Of a stretch of 64,000 nucleotides of DNA, positions 39,210 through 45,926 are shown piece by piece; position 1 is the stretch's first letter; each line of letters begins with the position of its first letter. Location of the stretch: assembly GCA_903873295.1 (NCBI GenBank), contig CAIQNV010000064.1, positions 29,049-93,048 on the forward strand. Reading direction: 5' to 3'. Under the pieces are notes generated by a model that ran no database searches, was not told the DNA's origin, and saw only the letters and a program-made list of their open reading frames with translations. The position numbers and the translations under genes are program-made. This stretch comes from an uncultured Elusimicrobia bacterium (GTDB lineage: Bacteria; Elusimicrobiota; Elusimicrobia; Elusimicrobiales; UBA9959).

Positions 39210-39316
39210 AGCGCGAAATGTAAACGGTGCCTTAAGATGCCCTCTTGTTGTCGTTCCCGTTCCCGAGCACAGCTGTACGCAAAGTGAATATACCGCCGAT
39301 TTAAATCCGCGGCCGC

Positions 39317-39964
39317 CTATTTCAGCTTCAGCTTTTCCGCCGCGGCCGCGGCCCAGGCCTTAATTTCAGGGTCGGGGTCGTTCCTAAGTCCCTCCGCGGC
39401 TGCCGCGGCCTTAGCGCCGCCGATGTTCAACATGGCCTCTATTGCGGCCAGCCTGACATGCTTGTCTTTGTCCGAGCGGGCGGCCGCTGTCAGCGCGTCT
39501 ACGGCCCGGGCGTCTTTCAGTTCACCCAAAGCCTGCGCGGCTTTCCAGCGGGTATTGCGCTCCGGATGGCCCAGAGCTGAGATCAGCAGCGGCACGGCTT
39601 TTTGGTCGCCGAAGTCTCCCAGCCCCTTTACTGCTCCCCAGCGAATGTTGCTGTCCGCGCTTTTCACATCGGCTGAAAGCTCGGCAAAAGCGGCCGGGTC
39701 TTTTGTTTTCCCCATGGCTTCAGCGGCTTCACCCCTTACGAGCGGGTTCCTGTCCGAAAGCAGCGGCTTCAGCGCGGCGACCCCGCCCGGGCCGGACATT
39801 TTTTTTATTCCGGAAATTTCGGAAAGGCGCGCGCGATGCTCCCGCAGCAGGGCGTCGTCGGTCTTTGTGGTAACTTTTACAGGGGCGGACGTCAGCTGTT
39901 TTTTTGGAGCGGCAAAAGCGCCGGCGCCCGGCAATAATAAAGCGATTAAACAGAGCTTGATCAT
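39317..39964 (-). CDS. Secreted HEAT-repeat (PBS-lyase-type) protein, 215 aa
   Basis: I moved the start to ATG 39962-39964, which gives a signal peptide MIKLCLIALLLPGAGAFA/AP; the 84 upstream codons of the track ORF fall in AT-rich non-coding DNA. There are four or five ~31-aa repeats of the type D-x-[ND]-x-x-V-R-x-x-A-A-x-A-L-G: LLSDRNPLVRGEAAEAMGKTKD, SADSNIRWGAVKGLGDFGD, HPERNTRWKAAQALGELKD, DKDKHVRLAAIEAMLNIG, DPDPEIKAWAAAAA. Confidence 0.8.
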   Translation of the reverse strand: MIKLCLIALLLPGAGAFAAPKKQLTSAPVKVTTKTDDALLREHRARLSEISGIKKMSGPGGVAALKPLLSDRNPLVRGEAAEAMGKTKDPAAFAELSADVKSADSNIRWGAVKGLGDFGDQKAVPLLISALGHPERNTRWKAAQALGELKDARAVDALTAAARSDKDKHVRLAAIEAMLNIGGAKAAAAAEGLRNDPDPEIKAWAAAAAEKLKLK

Positions 39965-40063
39965 AGGCAAACAAAAAACGACCGGGCCTTGCTCCGCGCG
40001 TTTCCCGTAAAAAGGCGAAAATCGCGGAGCCTGCCGCGGCAGTTCTTTGCTGCGGCAAGACAC

Positions 40064-40125
40064 AGATACTATATAATTATAATATAAAAGTATTGTTTCT
40101 GGAATATTATGTATTTGTGCGCTCC
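40064..40125. promoter_or_regulatory. AT-rich island, candidate (possibly divergent) promoter region upstream of the HEAT / giant-gene pair
   Basis: The stretch agatactatataattataatataaaagtattgtttctggaatattatgtatttgtg is strongly AT-rich inside GC-rich DNA. It contains TATAAT hexamers on both strands, but I could not pair any with a convincing -35 box. Confidence 0.3.
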
Positions 40126-40261
40126 TCTCTTTTTGCGCGAACCGGCCTAAACAGCGGAGGGAGCAGGTCCGGCCCCGCAGCTTATAACTGTATATGTCGG
40201 TTTCCGCGCAGAACATTTTCCCTCCTGATACCGGCAGCTCCGGGCTCTACCCCGCCAGCCC

Positions 40262-40340
40262 TATATAAAAAGGCCGTCTCTGCTTTCTTCGCCTTAGCCC
40301 GGTGCTGGGCTAATACCCCGAAGACAGCAGAAACGGCCTT
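40262..40340 (-). terminator. Long compound hairpin followed by a T-run on the minus strand (terminator-like)
   Basis: Outer arms aaggccgtctctgct (40270-40284) and agcagaaacggcctt (40326-40340) pair at 14 of 15 positions. They enclose an inner hairpin tagccc-ggtg-ctgggcta. On the minus strand the stem is followed by TTTTATATAG (complement of 40262-40269). Confidence 0.4.
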
Positions 40341-40527
40341 AAATCCAGGTCGTTGGTCGTCTATTGCCAGTTACCGGACATTGGCTGCCTGCCAACTAAC
40401 TGCCTGGTGCTGACAACTACCGACTTTATTTCTCTTCGGCAGCCTGACCCCCGCGTATTTAGCGGGTCACAGCTTTGCGCCGCCGGCTTTAGCCGGCTTT
40501 GCTATTATCGGATACTGCCACGAAAAC

Positions 40528-40652
40528 GCCTCGCCCATCTGGGACACACACCGCGCCTCACACTGCACTGCGTCTGTCTGCGACCGCGACCGCACCGCAA
40601 CTCCGCCACAACTACTCCGCACCTGCACACTACCAAGCCAGATGGGCGAGGC
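40528..40652. repeat. Perfect 15-bp inverted repeat enclosing a 95-nt C/A-rich (minus strand G/T-rich) segment
   Basis: The arms are gcctcgcccatctgg (40528-40542) and ccagatgggcgaggc (40638-40652). The enclosed 40543-40637 reads cacacaccgcgcctcacactgcactgcg...accgcaccgcaactccgccacaactactccgcacctgcacactaccaag, with G almost only in CG/TG contexts. Confidence 0.6.
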
Positions 40653-40740
40653 ACCGAGCTATAACCAAACCGCACCGCACCACGCTGCACTGCACAACGC
40701 TACACCGCGCCGCAATATATTATAGCAGATAAAATTTCAT

Positions 40741-40766
40741 TGTCAAGGCCCACCTAGGTCTTGACA
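40741..40766 (-). terminator. Hairpin downstream of the S41 peptidase gene
   Basis: The sequence is tgtcaaggcc-caccta-ggtcttgaca, a 10-bp stem including one G-U pair with a 6-nt loop. On the minus strand it is followed by atgaaattttatc, a weak T-run. Confidence 0.35.
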
Positions 40767-40794
40767 GGTCAACCTGCGAATCACAGTACAAGAA

Positions 40795-40824
40795 GCGGGA
40801 GAGCAGCTCCCTGCTTTATCTTTT
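40795..40824. terminator. GC hairpin 28 nt downstream of the S41 stop codon; the T-run is stronger on the plus strand
   Basis: The hairpin is gcgggag-agcag-ctccc(t)gc (40795-40814). It is followed on the plus strand by tttatctttt, and on the minus strand by ttcttgtactg. Confidence 0.4.
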
Positions 40825-40841
40825 ACAGCCTTCCGCCGCCG

Positions 40842-41963
40842 TCAAAGCGGCTTCGCCAGAAGTTCCAGCGCCCGCAGGTATACCGGGTCCTTCAGCAGCG
40901 CGTCGGCCGGAGCGTCCGACCAGGCGGCTTTACCGGCGGCTTCAACGGGCTCGTCGGGAGCGAGCCCGGCTCCCTCCAGATCGCGCTCCGAAGGAGGAGC
41001 GAGCCGCGCCACGGTAAGCCGCAAGCCGCGCCCGCCGTCAAGGCTGAAAGTTTTTTGTACGGAAACACTGCCGGCGGTTTTACCGCCGATAACCGCGGCG
41101 CCGGCTATTTCCTTAAGCGAAGCCGCAAAAACCTCTCCGGCCATTGAAGTGGCCGGGTCCACAAGCACCACAAGCCGCATGCCGGCGAACCGCCCCCTGA
41201 CTGCGGCTTCAAAAACCTGGGTATACCCTTTGTGTCTTGAAGTTATAGCCAGGACCGGCCCCGGCTTTACGGCAAACAGCTTCAGCAGCGCGGCCGCCTC
41301 AAGGGGACTGCCGCCCTTATTGTCCCGCAGGTCCAGGATAACGCTTTTAGCGCCATATTTTTGCAGCCCGGCTAAGCCCGCCTCCGCTATAGAAGCGGAA
41401 TTTTCAAAAAACAACCCTATCCGCACGAAAGCGGCGCGGGTTTCCGGCTCGTACAGGCCGAAAACAAGCGGCAGGCGGAATTCCGCGCCTTTAACTTCGG
41501 CCTCCAGCTCCGAGACCGCACCTTTGGAGCGGCGGGCGACTTTGAGCTTAAACTCCGGCCTCCCGGCGAGCGCTTTAAAAAAATCTTCGGTGCCGGGGGC
41601 GGCTGAATTTACAGCCAACAGTTTGTCCCCGTCTTTAAGCCCGGCCGCCTCGGCCGGGGAACCTTTAAAAACCCTCAGCAGGAAGTATTTCCCGCCCTTG
41701 GCGCCCACCAGTATTCCGGCCGAGAGCCCGGGCTTTTCGGTCGAAATTTTAGCCTGCCGCTTTGCCCGCAGCAGCTCGACGTATTTATCTTCCAGTTTAA
41801 GGCCGGCCAGGCCGCTGCCCCTCAGCAAAGCTTTCAATTTTTCCGGGTCATGCTCCTTAAAACTATGCCGCTCGAATATTTTAAGGACCTGCGCCTCGGG
41901 AAGCTTGTAAGCGCAGGCCGCCAGCACCACGAACACCGCCGTAAAAATTTTAGTTTTATTCAT
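40842..41963 (-). CDS. S41-family C-terminal processing peptidase (PDZ-containing), 373 aa
   Basis: It has a signal/anchor MNKTKIFTAVFVVLAACA and a PDZ-like segment GILVGAKGGKYFLLRVFKGSPAEAAGLKDGDKLLAVN. S41 core motifs are VILDLRDNKGGSPLEAAALL and LVVLVDPATSMAGEVFAASLK (Ser nucleophile context). The SD is AAGGGAGAA directly upstream of the ATG. Caveat: the usual T-F-G-K-G-x-V-Q lysine context reads GGKTAGSVSVQ. Confidence 0.8.
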   Translation of the reverse strand: MNKTKIFTAVFVVLAACAYKLPEAQVLKIFERHSFKEHDPEKLKALLRGSGLAGLKLEDKYVELLRAKRQAKISTEKPGLSAGILVGAKGGKYFLLRVFKGSPAEAAGLKDGDKLLAVNSAAPGTEDFFKALAGRPEFKLKVARRSKGAVSELEAEVKGAEFRLPLVFGLYEPETRAAFVRIGLFFENSASIAEAGLAGLQKYGAKSVILDLRDNKGGSPLEAAALLKLFAVKPGPVLAITSRHKGYTQVFEAAVRGRFAGMRLVVLVDPATSMAGEVFAASLKEIAGAAVIGGKTAGSVSVQKTFSLDGGRGLRLTVARLAPPSERDLEGAGLAPDEPVEAAGKAAWSDAPADALLKDPVYLRALELLAKPL

Positions 41964-42020
41964 TTCTCCCTTGAAAATCCGCGGACCGCCTCCGGCTGCC
42001 GGGCCGCCCGGCTCCCCGCC

Positions 42021-43322
42021 TCAGGCAAAGGCAAGATCTCCGCCGCCGTAATCGGAAAAGTCGCCGATCATCCCGCCGCCGTCGCTGACTCCGGCGCCAT
42101 CGCCGCTGTTAGGCATGCAGCAGCAGGGCGCGTCGGCCGAGCAGCCGCACTCCCCGCCGAAGCCGTTGGTGTCCACCCAGTCCTGCAGCTCCTCTTCGAT
42201 GAGAGAGCGCTCGTCCTCCGGATCGGAGAAGACGCCGGCCCCGCCGTCGCCGCCGTCAGGCGCCCCGGCCCCGGAGACGCCCGCGAACAGACCGTTGAGC
42301 ATGCTGCCGGCAAAATCCTTGGTCAGCTTTTTTTTCTGATAATCCTTATCCTCGGCCAGCGCTTCCTTGGTGGCCTCTTTATCCATGGAGGGCTTGGACA
42401 CGTCGGAAGCCGTCAGTCTTTTGGCTTCGGCGGCGCTCACGTCCTGCTCGCGCAGGAAATTGGGGATGGCGCCGGGGTTTACCTTATCCAGCTTGGCGCG
42501 CATCTTCTCGTCGTATTCAATGGCGGTGGTGGCTTCGGGCGAGCCGTCGAACGACCTTGCTATCCAGCTCTTGGCCGAGTCCTGCGAGGAGAGGCGCGCG
42601 CCGTAAAAAGAGGCCCTGAAGGCGCCTTTAAGGGATTCCATCACGGAACCGCGCCCGGCCTTTTTGGGGGTGCCGGCCTTTGTCTCGCGCTGTTCCGCAG
42701 CCTTGCCGACGGCGGTACCGTTGCCCTGGAAGTCCCCCGCCGCTCCGGCTGCGGACAAGGCTGAGCCTTTCCCGCCCTTCTGGCCCATAGCGCCGCCCGA
42801 CAGCGCGGCCCTGGGCTGCAGCCTCTCGGCCATGGCCGCCTGCCCGCTCCGGGCGGAACCGGAAGGCTCCGCTGAAGGAGATTCTTCCTCCGCCTTAACC
42901 GCAACAGCCGGTGTCGCCCGCGCCGCGGAGGCGTCCGCGACCAGCTCCTCCCGGGTGCGGATCAGGGAGGAGTTTATCCTGTCGGTCCTGGCGCCGCCCG
43001 CCGCCCGGCCCGCGGTCTCTTCGTCCAGCGGGAAATAGTTACCGTTTTTAACGGCGCCCGCTCCTCCGTCGTAAATAGAGCTGTTGGCCGAGAGCTGGTC
43101 ATAATCCGGACCGCCGGCCAGCTTATGGGCGGCCTGGCGCATACCGGTCAGCGCGTAATAGCCGCCGCCGGACAGCAAAAGAAGTATAAGCCCCAGGGAA
43201 AACCACCAGTAATTCTTAGATCTTTTCTCTGCGGGAGTCGCCTGTTCCGGAGGCTCCTGGCCGCCGGAAGCCTGCTCAGCAGGGGCCTGCTCGATTTCCT
43301 CTTGTTCTTCTTCGGGAGCCAT
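42021..43322 (-). CDS. Hypothetical single-pass membrane protein with acidic N-terminus and Cys-rich acidic C-terminal tail, 433 aa
   Basis: I moved the start to ATG 43320-43322, preceded by GGAGGGAAT. The protein begins MAPEEEQEEIEQAPAEQ, then has a TM segment NYWWFSLGLILLLLSGGGYYAL, a long low-complexity Ala/Gly/Ser/Lys region, and ends ...GGECGCSADAPCCCMPNSGDGAGVSDGGGMIGDFSDYGGGDLAFA. I recognised no family. Confidence 0.6.
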   Translation of the reverse strand: MAPEEEQEEIEQAPAEQASGGQEPPEQATPAEKRSKNYWWFSLGLILLLLSGGGYYALTGMRQAAHKLAGGPDYDQLSANSSIYDGGAGAVKNGNYFPLDEETAGRAAGGARTDRINSSLIRTREELVADASAARATPAVAVKAEEESPSAEPSGSARSGQAAMAERLQPRAALSGGAMGQKGGKGSALSAAGAAGDFQGNGTAVGKAAEQRETKAGTPKKAGRGSVMESLKGAFRASFYGARLSSQDSAKSWIARSFDGSPEATTAIEYDEKMRAKLDKVNPGAIPNFLREQDVSAAEAKRLTASDVSKPSMDKEATKEALAEDKDYQKKKLTKDFAGSMLNGLFAGVSGAGAPDGGDGGAGVFSDPEDERSLIEEELQDWVDTNGFGGECGCSADAPCCCMPNSGDGAGVSDGGGMIGDFSDYGGGDLAFA

Positions 43323-43412
43323 ATTCCCTCCAGCAACTTTCCAATAAAAGAATACGAAGGTCTGGAGACTGGCAAAAAAACCATCGCCAAGACCTTTTAT
43401 ATTTACCTGAAT

Positions 43413-43441
43413 GTTATAGCAGAGAAAACCGGGAATTTCAA
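43413..43441 (-). promoter_or_regulatory. Sigma70-like promoter candidate for the hypothetical / S41 gene pair
   Basis: On the minus strand: TTGAAA (complement of 43436-43441), a 17-nt spacer, then TATAAC (complement of 43413-43418). It lies ~90 nt upstream of ATG 43322. Confidence 0.3.
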
Positions 43442-43491
43442 GGCCCAGGCCGGGAATTGAAGGCAATTCACAACTGCTCAGACTACCGCGT

Positions 43492-45111
43492 TCACCCTTT
43501 CTTTAAGGGCCGGGGAGGCTTGCCGTATTCGTTGAAAACCAGGGCGATTTCGTCATAATCCAGCTCCTCCCGGGCGAGGAGTTCCTGCACGAACCGCTCC
43601 ACCACCGGCCAGTTCTCCTTCAGCAGGGCGTCCACCAGCGCGTACTGTTCTTTTATAATGTCCTGAGCCTCCCGGTTCAGCGCGTTGCTGATATCGCCCG
43701 AGCGCTCATGTTCCGGAATGACCGTAAAATCCCCTATATAGCCGGCCTTCCCCATGCCAAGCCGCCACACCATATCATGCGCCAGCGAGGTGGCTTTGGC
43801 GAAGTCGGAGCGGACCCCCTCGGTGGTCACGCCGTACTTTATTTTTTCGGCCGCGTAGCCGCCCAGCGCGGTTCGTATATGCGCCAGCAGGGTATTGGAG
43901 TCGGAGGCGTAAATCTCCTCGGACGGCACGGAATGGACCACTCCCAGCGCGCCGCCGCGGTTAAGGATGGAAACCTTGAACACGTCGTTGGTCGGATGCG
44001 TCAGGTAAAGCGCCAGCAGATGGCCGGCCTCGTGGAAGGCTGTCATTTCCTTCTCGCGCGGGTTCAGGCTGAGGCGGTGGGCTACGCCCAATTCCACGCG
44101 CTCTATGGCCTCGCTGAAATCCTTATAAGTGATCATGTCCCGCGAGCTGCGGGCGGCTATAAGCGCGGATTCCTTCACTATATTTTCAATTTCCGCCGGC
44201 GTCTTGTGCACCGCCTTGCGGGCCAGGCGCGGCACCTCTATTTCCGGGGAATACTTCACCTTCCCGAGATAGTAGCCGAACAGCGCCTCGCGCTCCTCGA
44301 GGTTCGGGCGCCCGACGAAAATTTTGCGGTCGAACCGCCCGGGGCGGAGCAGCGCGTCGTCCAGGATATCCTCCAGGGCGTTGGTGGCGGCGAATACCAC
44401 GACATTGGATTCCGATTCCAGGCCGTCCATCTCCACCAGCAGCTGGTTCTGGGTGCTGTTGGTCTCGGAGCCGCCGCCGAAAGCGTCGTAAAGCACGCGC
44501 TTGCGGCCGATGACCTCGATCTCGTCTATGAAGATTATGCAGGAGCCGTGGGCCTGCGCGTATTCCTTGGCCTGCTTGAAAAGCTTGCGCACGCGGCTGG
44601 CCCCGACGCCCACAAAGACCTCTACGAATTCGGAGCCGGAGATAGAGATGAACGGAACGCCGGCCTCCGTGGCCACGGCCTTCGCCAGCAGCGTCTTGCC
44701 GCAGCCCGGGGGCCCGACAAGCAGGACGCCTTTTAATATCTTGCCGCCTATCGCCTTCACGCGGGTGCGGTCTTTTATCAGCTGCACCACTTCCCAGGCC
44801 TCGCGCTTGGCTTCGCCCAGGCCTATCACGTCGGAGAATTTGATATTGACCACCGCGGCGTCGATCCGGGTCTTCTTCAGCGCGCTTAGGCCCCCCGACT
44901 GCATCAGGTACAGGAAGCCCACGAAGATCACGGTATTCAGCACCATCCAGGGCATGCTGGCCACGTTCATGCTGATTATATAGCGGCGGGTGTTCTCCTC
45001 CACGCCGGCCAGGTACCAGATGGGAAAGATAACCGCGATAACGGTGACGGCCACTATCGCAAGCACCAGCCAGTGCCGCTGAAAAAAGTGTTTTATCTTG
45101 AACCAAAGCAT
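43492..45111 (-). CDS. ftsH: FtsH-family AAA+ / M41 zinc metalloprotease, short form (539 aa)
   Basis: Motifs present: Walker [17 protein letters not shown]; Walker [10 protein letters not shown]; second region of homology [21 protein letters not shown]; zinc site FHEAGHLL; downstream [12 protein letters not shown]...SDFAKAT. The two N-terminal TM helices are separated by only ~15 aa, so there is almost no periplasmic domain. I chose ATG 45109-45111 (MLWFK...) with AAGGA upstream; the track start at 45129 is a TTG. Confidence 0.85.
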   Translation of the reverse strand: MLWFKIKHFFQRHWLVLAIVAVTVIAVIFPIWYLAGVEENTRRYIISMNVASMPWMVLNTVIFVGFLYLMQSGGLSALKKTRIDAAVVNIKFSDVIGLGEAKREAWEVVQLIKDRTRVKAIGGKILKGVLLVGPPGCGKTLLAKAVATEAGVPFISISGSEFVEVFVGVGASRVRKLFKQAKEYAQAHGSCIIFIDEIEVIGRKRVLYDAFGGGSETNSTQNQLLVEMDGLESESNVVVFAATNALEDILDDALLRPGRFDRKIFVGRPNLEEREALFGYYLGKVKYSPEIEVPRLARKAVHKTPAEIENIVKESALIAARSSRDMITYKDFSEAIERVELGVAHRLSLNPREKEMTAFHEAGHLLALYLTHPTNDVFKVSILNRGGALGVVHSVPSEEIYASDSNTLLAHIRTALGGYAAEKIKYGVTTEGVRSDFAKATSLAHDMVWRLGMGKAGYIGDFTVIPEHERSGDISNALNREAQDIIKEQYALVDALLKENWPVVERFVQELLAREELDYDEIALVFNEYGKPPRPLKKG

Positions 45112-45184
45112 GGTTTTCCTTTTATTCAATCCATCCTCCGGAACGCCGGGGGCATGGGTTCGGCGGGCCTTCCCGCAGGCCGGA

Positions 45185-45311
45185 GCTTACGTAAGAGCGG
45201 AGGCCGAGGGATGAGCGCGGCCACGGTGTGGCCGATAGCGCGCCCGGCGGGCCCATGCCCCCGGAGTTCCGGTCCGCACGGTGTGGCCGAGCGCGTTTTG
45301 CGTTCCGGCCC
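45185..45311. repeat. GC-rich intergenic repeat, copy A (contains an internal ~55-nt partial duplication)
   Basis: The sequence reads gcttacgtaag-agcggaggccgagggatgagcgc-GGCCACggtGTGGCC-ga...cacggtgtggccgagcgcgttttgcgttccggccc. It shares the core with copy B at 47509-47580: the palindrome cttRcgtaag, gatgag, the GGCCAC-N3-GTGGCC hairpin, and cgcgttttgcgttccggccc. Confidence 0.75.
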
Positions 45312-45334
45312 CCGCGGCGCGGCCAAGCACGCCG

Positions 45335-45919
45335 TCACTTGAGCCCCGGGAGCACGAATTGGATGGGGCGATCGCGGTTGGGCACGTACTTGATAACTTC
45401 CATCTGCTTGCCGCCCTGGCAAAGATAGTCATGGCCGTTCATGCAGGCGGCGCCGTAGGGGTAAGAGCAGACCGCCTGCTTGGGATATTTGCACAGCATC
45501 TTCACCCCGGCCGGGTTCGTAATTACGGTTATGGTTATGACGTTCCAGACCTGCGTCCGGACAACTTCCAGCTTAAGGTCCTTCAGGTTGAGGAATTTGC
45601 TGACGGCGGGCGTATCAAAACCTATATAGCCCCGCACGTTCTTTTCGATGTCCTTTTTGAGCGTGGTCTCGTCCCAGCTGGCCTGGTCGACGTTAAGATG
45701 AGACTCCAGCTGCCAGCGGCGGGCGGCGTAATAGGAGGCTATCTCGAGCTTCTGCACCAGCACCAGCAGGGCGAAAATTTTAGCGGTGATAAAGACTATG
45801 AGGAGGAACAGCGGGAAGAGCAGCACCACCTCGGTCATGGCCTGGCCCGGCCGCCCGCCCTTAAGACAGAAGGCCGCGCGGTCCAGGCGTCCCGATATGG
45901 TTTTTACGATCGTTCTCAT
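45335..45919 (-). CDS. TadE-like minor pilin / pseudopilin, 194 aa
   Basis: The N-terminus ...KGGRPG/QAMTEVVLLFPLFLLIVFITAKIF matches the TadE-type prepilin-like segment (G / x-x-x-x-E followed by a hydrophobic helix). It lies directly downstream of flp and the tadG-like gene. Confidence 0.55.
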   Translation of the reverse strand: MRTIVKTISGRLDRAAFCLKGGRPGQAMTEVVLLFPLFLLIVFITAKIFALLVLVQKLEIASYYAARRWQLESHLNVDQASWDETTLKKDIEKNVRGYIGFDTPAVSKFLNLKDLKLEVVRTQVWNVITITVITNPAGVKMLCKYPKQAVCSYPYGAACMNGHDYLCQGGKQMEVIKYVPNRDRPIQFVLPGLK

Positions 45920-45926
45920 AGCGCGT

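Noticed and set aside
39965-40216. The ORF track suggests N-terminal extensions: HEAT protein to 40216, membrane protein to 43466, flp to 47599, LuxR regulator to 48671, CheY to 53865, tadB to 60428, FtsH to 45129, and HAMP sensor to 56362.
   Set aside because: In each case an internal ATG or GTG with a good Shine-Dalgarno sequence begins the recognisable domain or signal peptide. The extension either runs through intergenic repeats or AT-rich DNA, or starts at a TTG or GTG without an SD.
40270-40720. I considered whether the structured gap encodes a known housekeeping RNA (tRNA, tmRNA, SRP/4.5S, RNase P or 6S).
   Set aside because: I could not find the conserved signature sequences I know for these RNAs (for example a T-loop GGTTCGAATCC-like box with CCA end, the SRP domain-IV GGAAGCAGCC-like motif, or the RNase P GAGGAAAGTCC-like box) on either strand. 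Without a covariance-model search this remains unassigned.
40093-40732. Four ORFs of 61-106 aa lie in the large intergenic gap: 40093-40413, 40353-40664, 40499-40732 (plus strand) and 40505-40690 (minus strand).
   Set aside because: They overlap one another in different frames and have no SD. Their compositions (Thr/Ala/Pro/His/Arg runs) are dictated by the C/A-rich repeat. I treated the region as non-coding.
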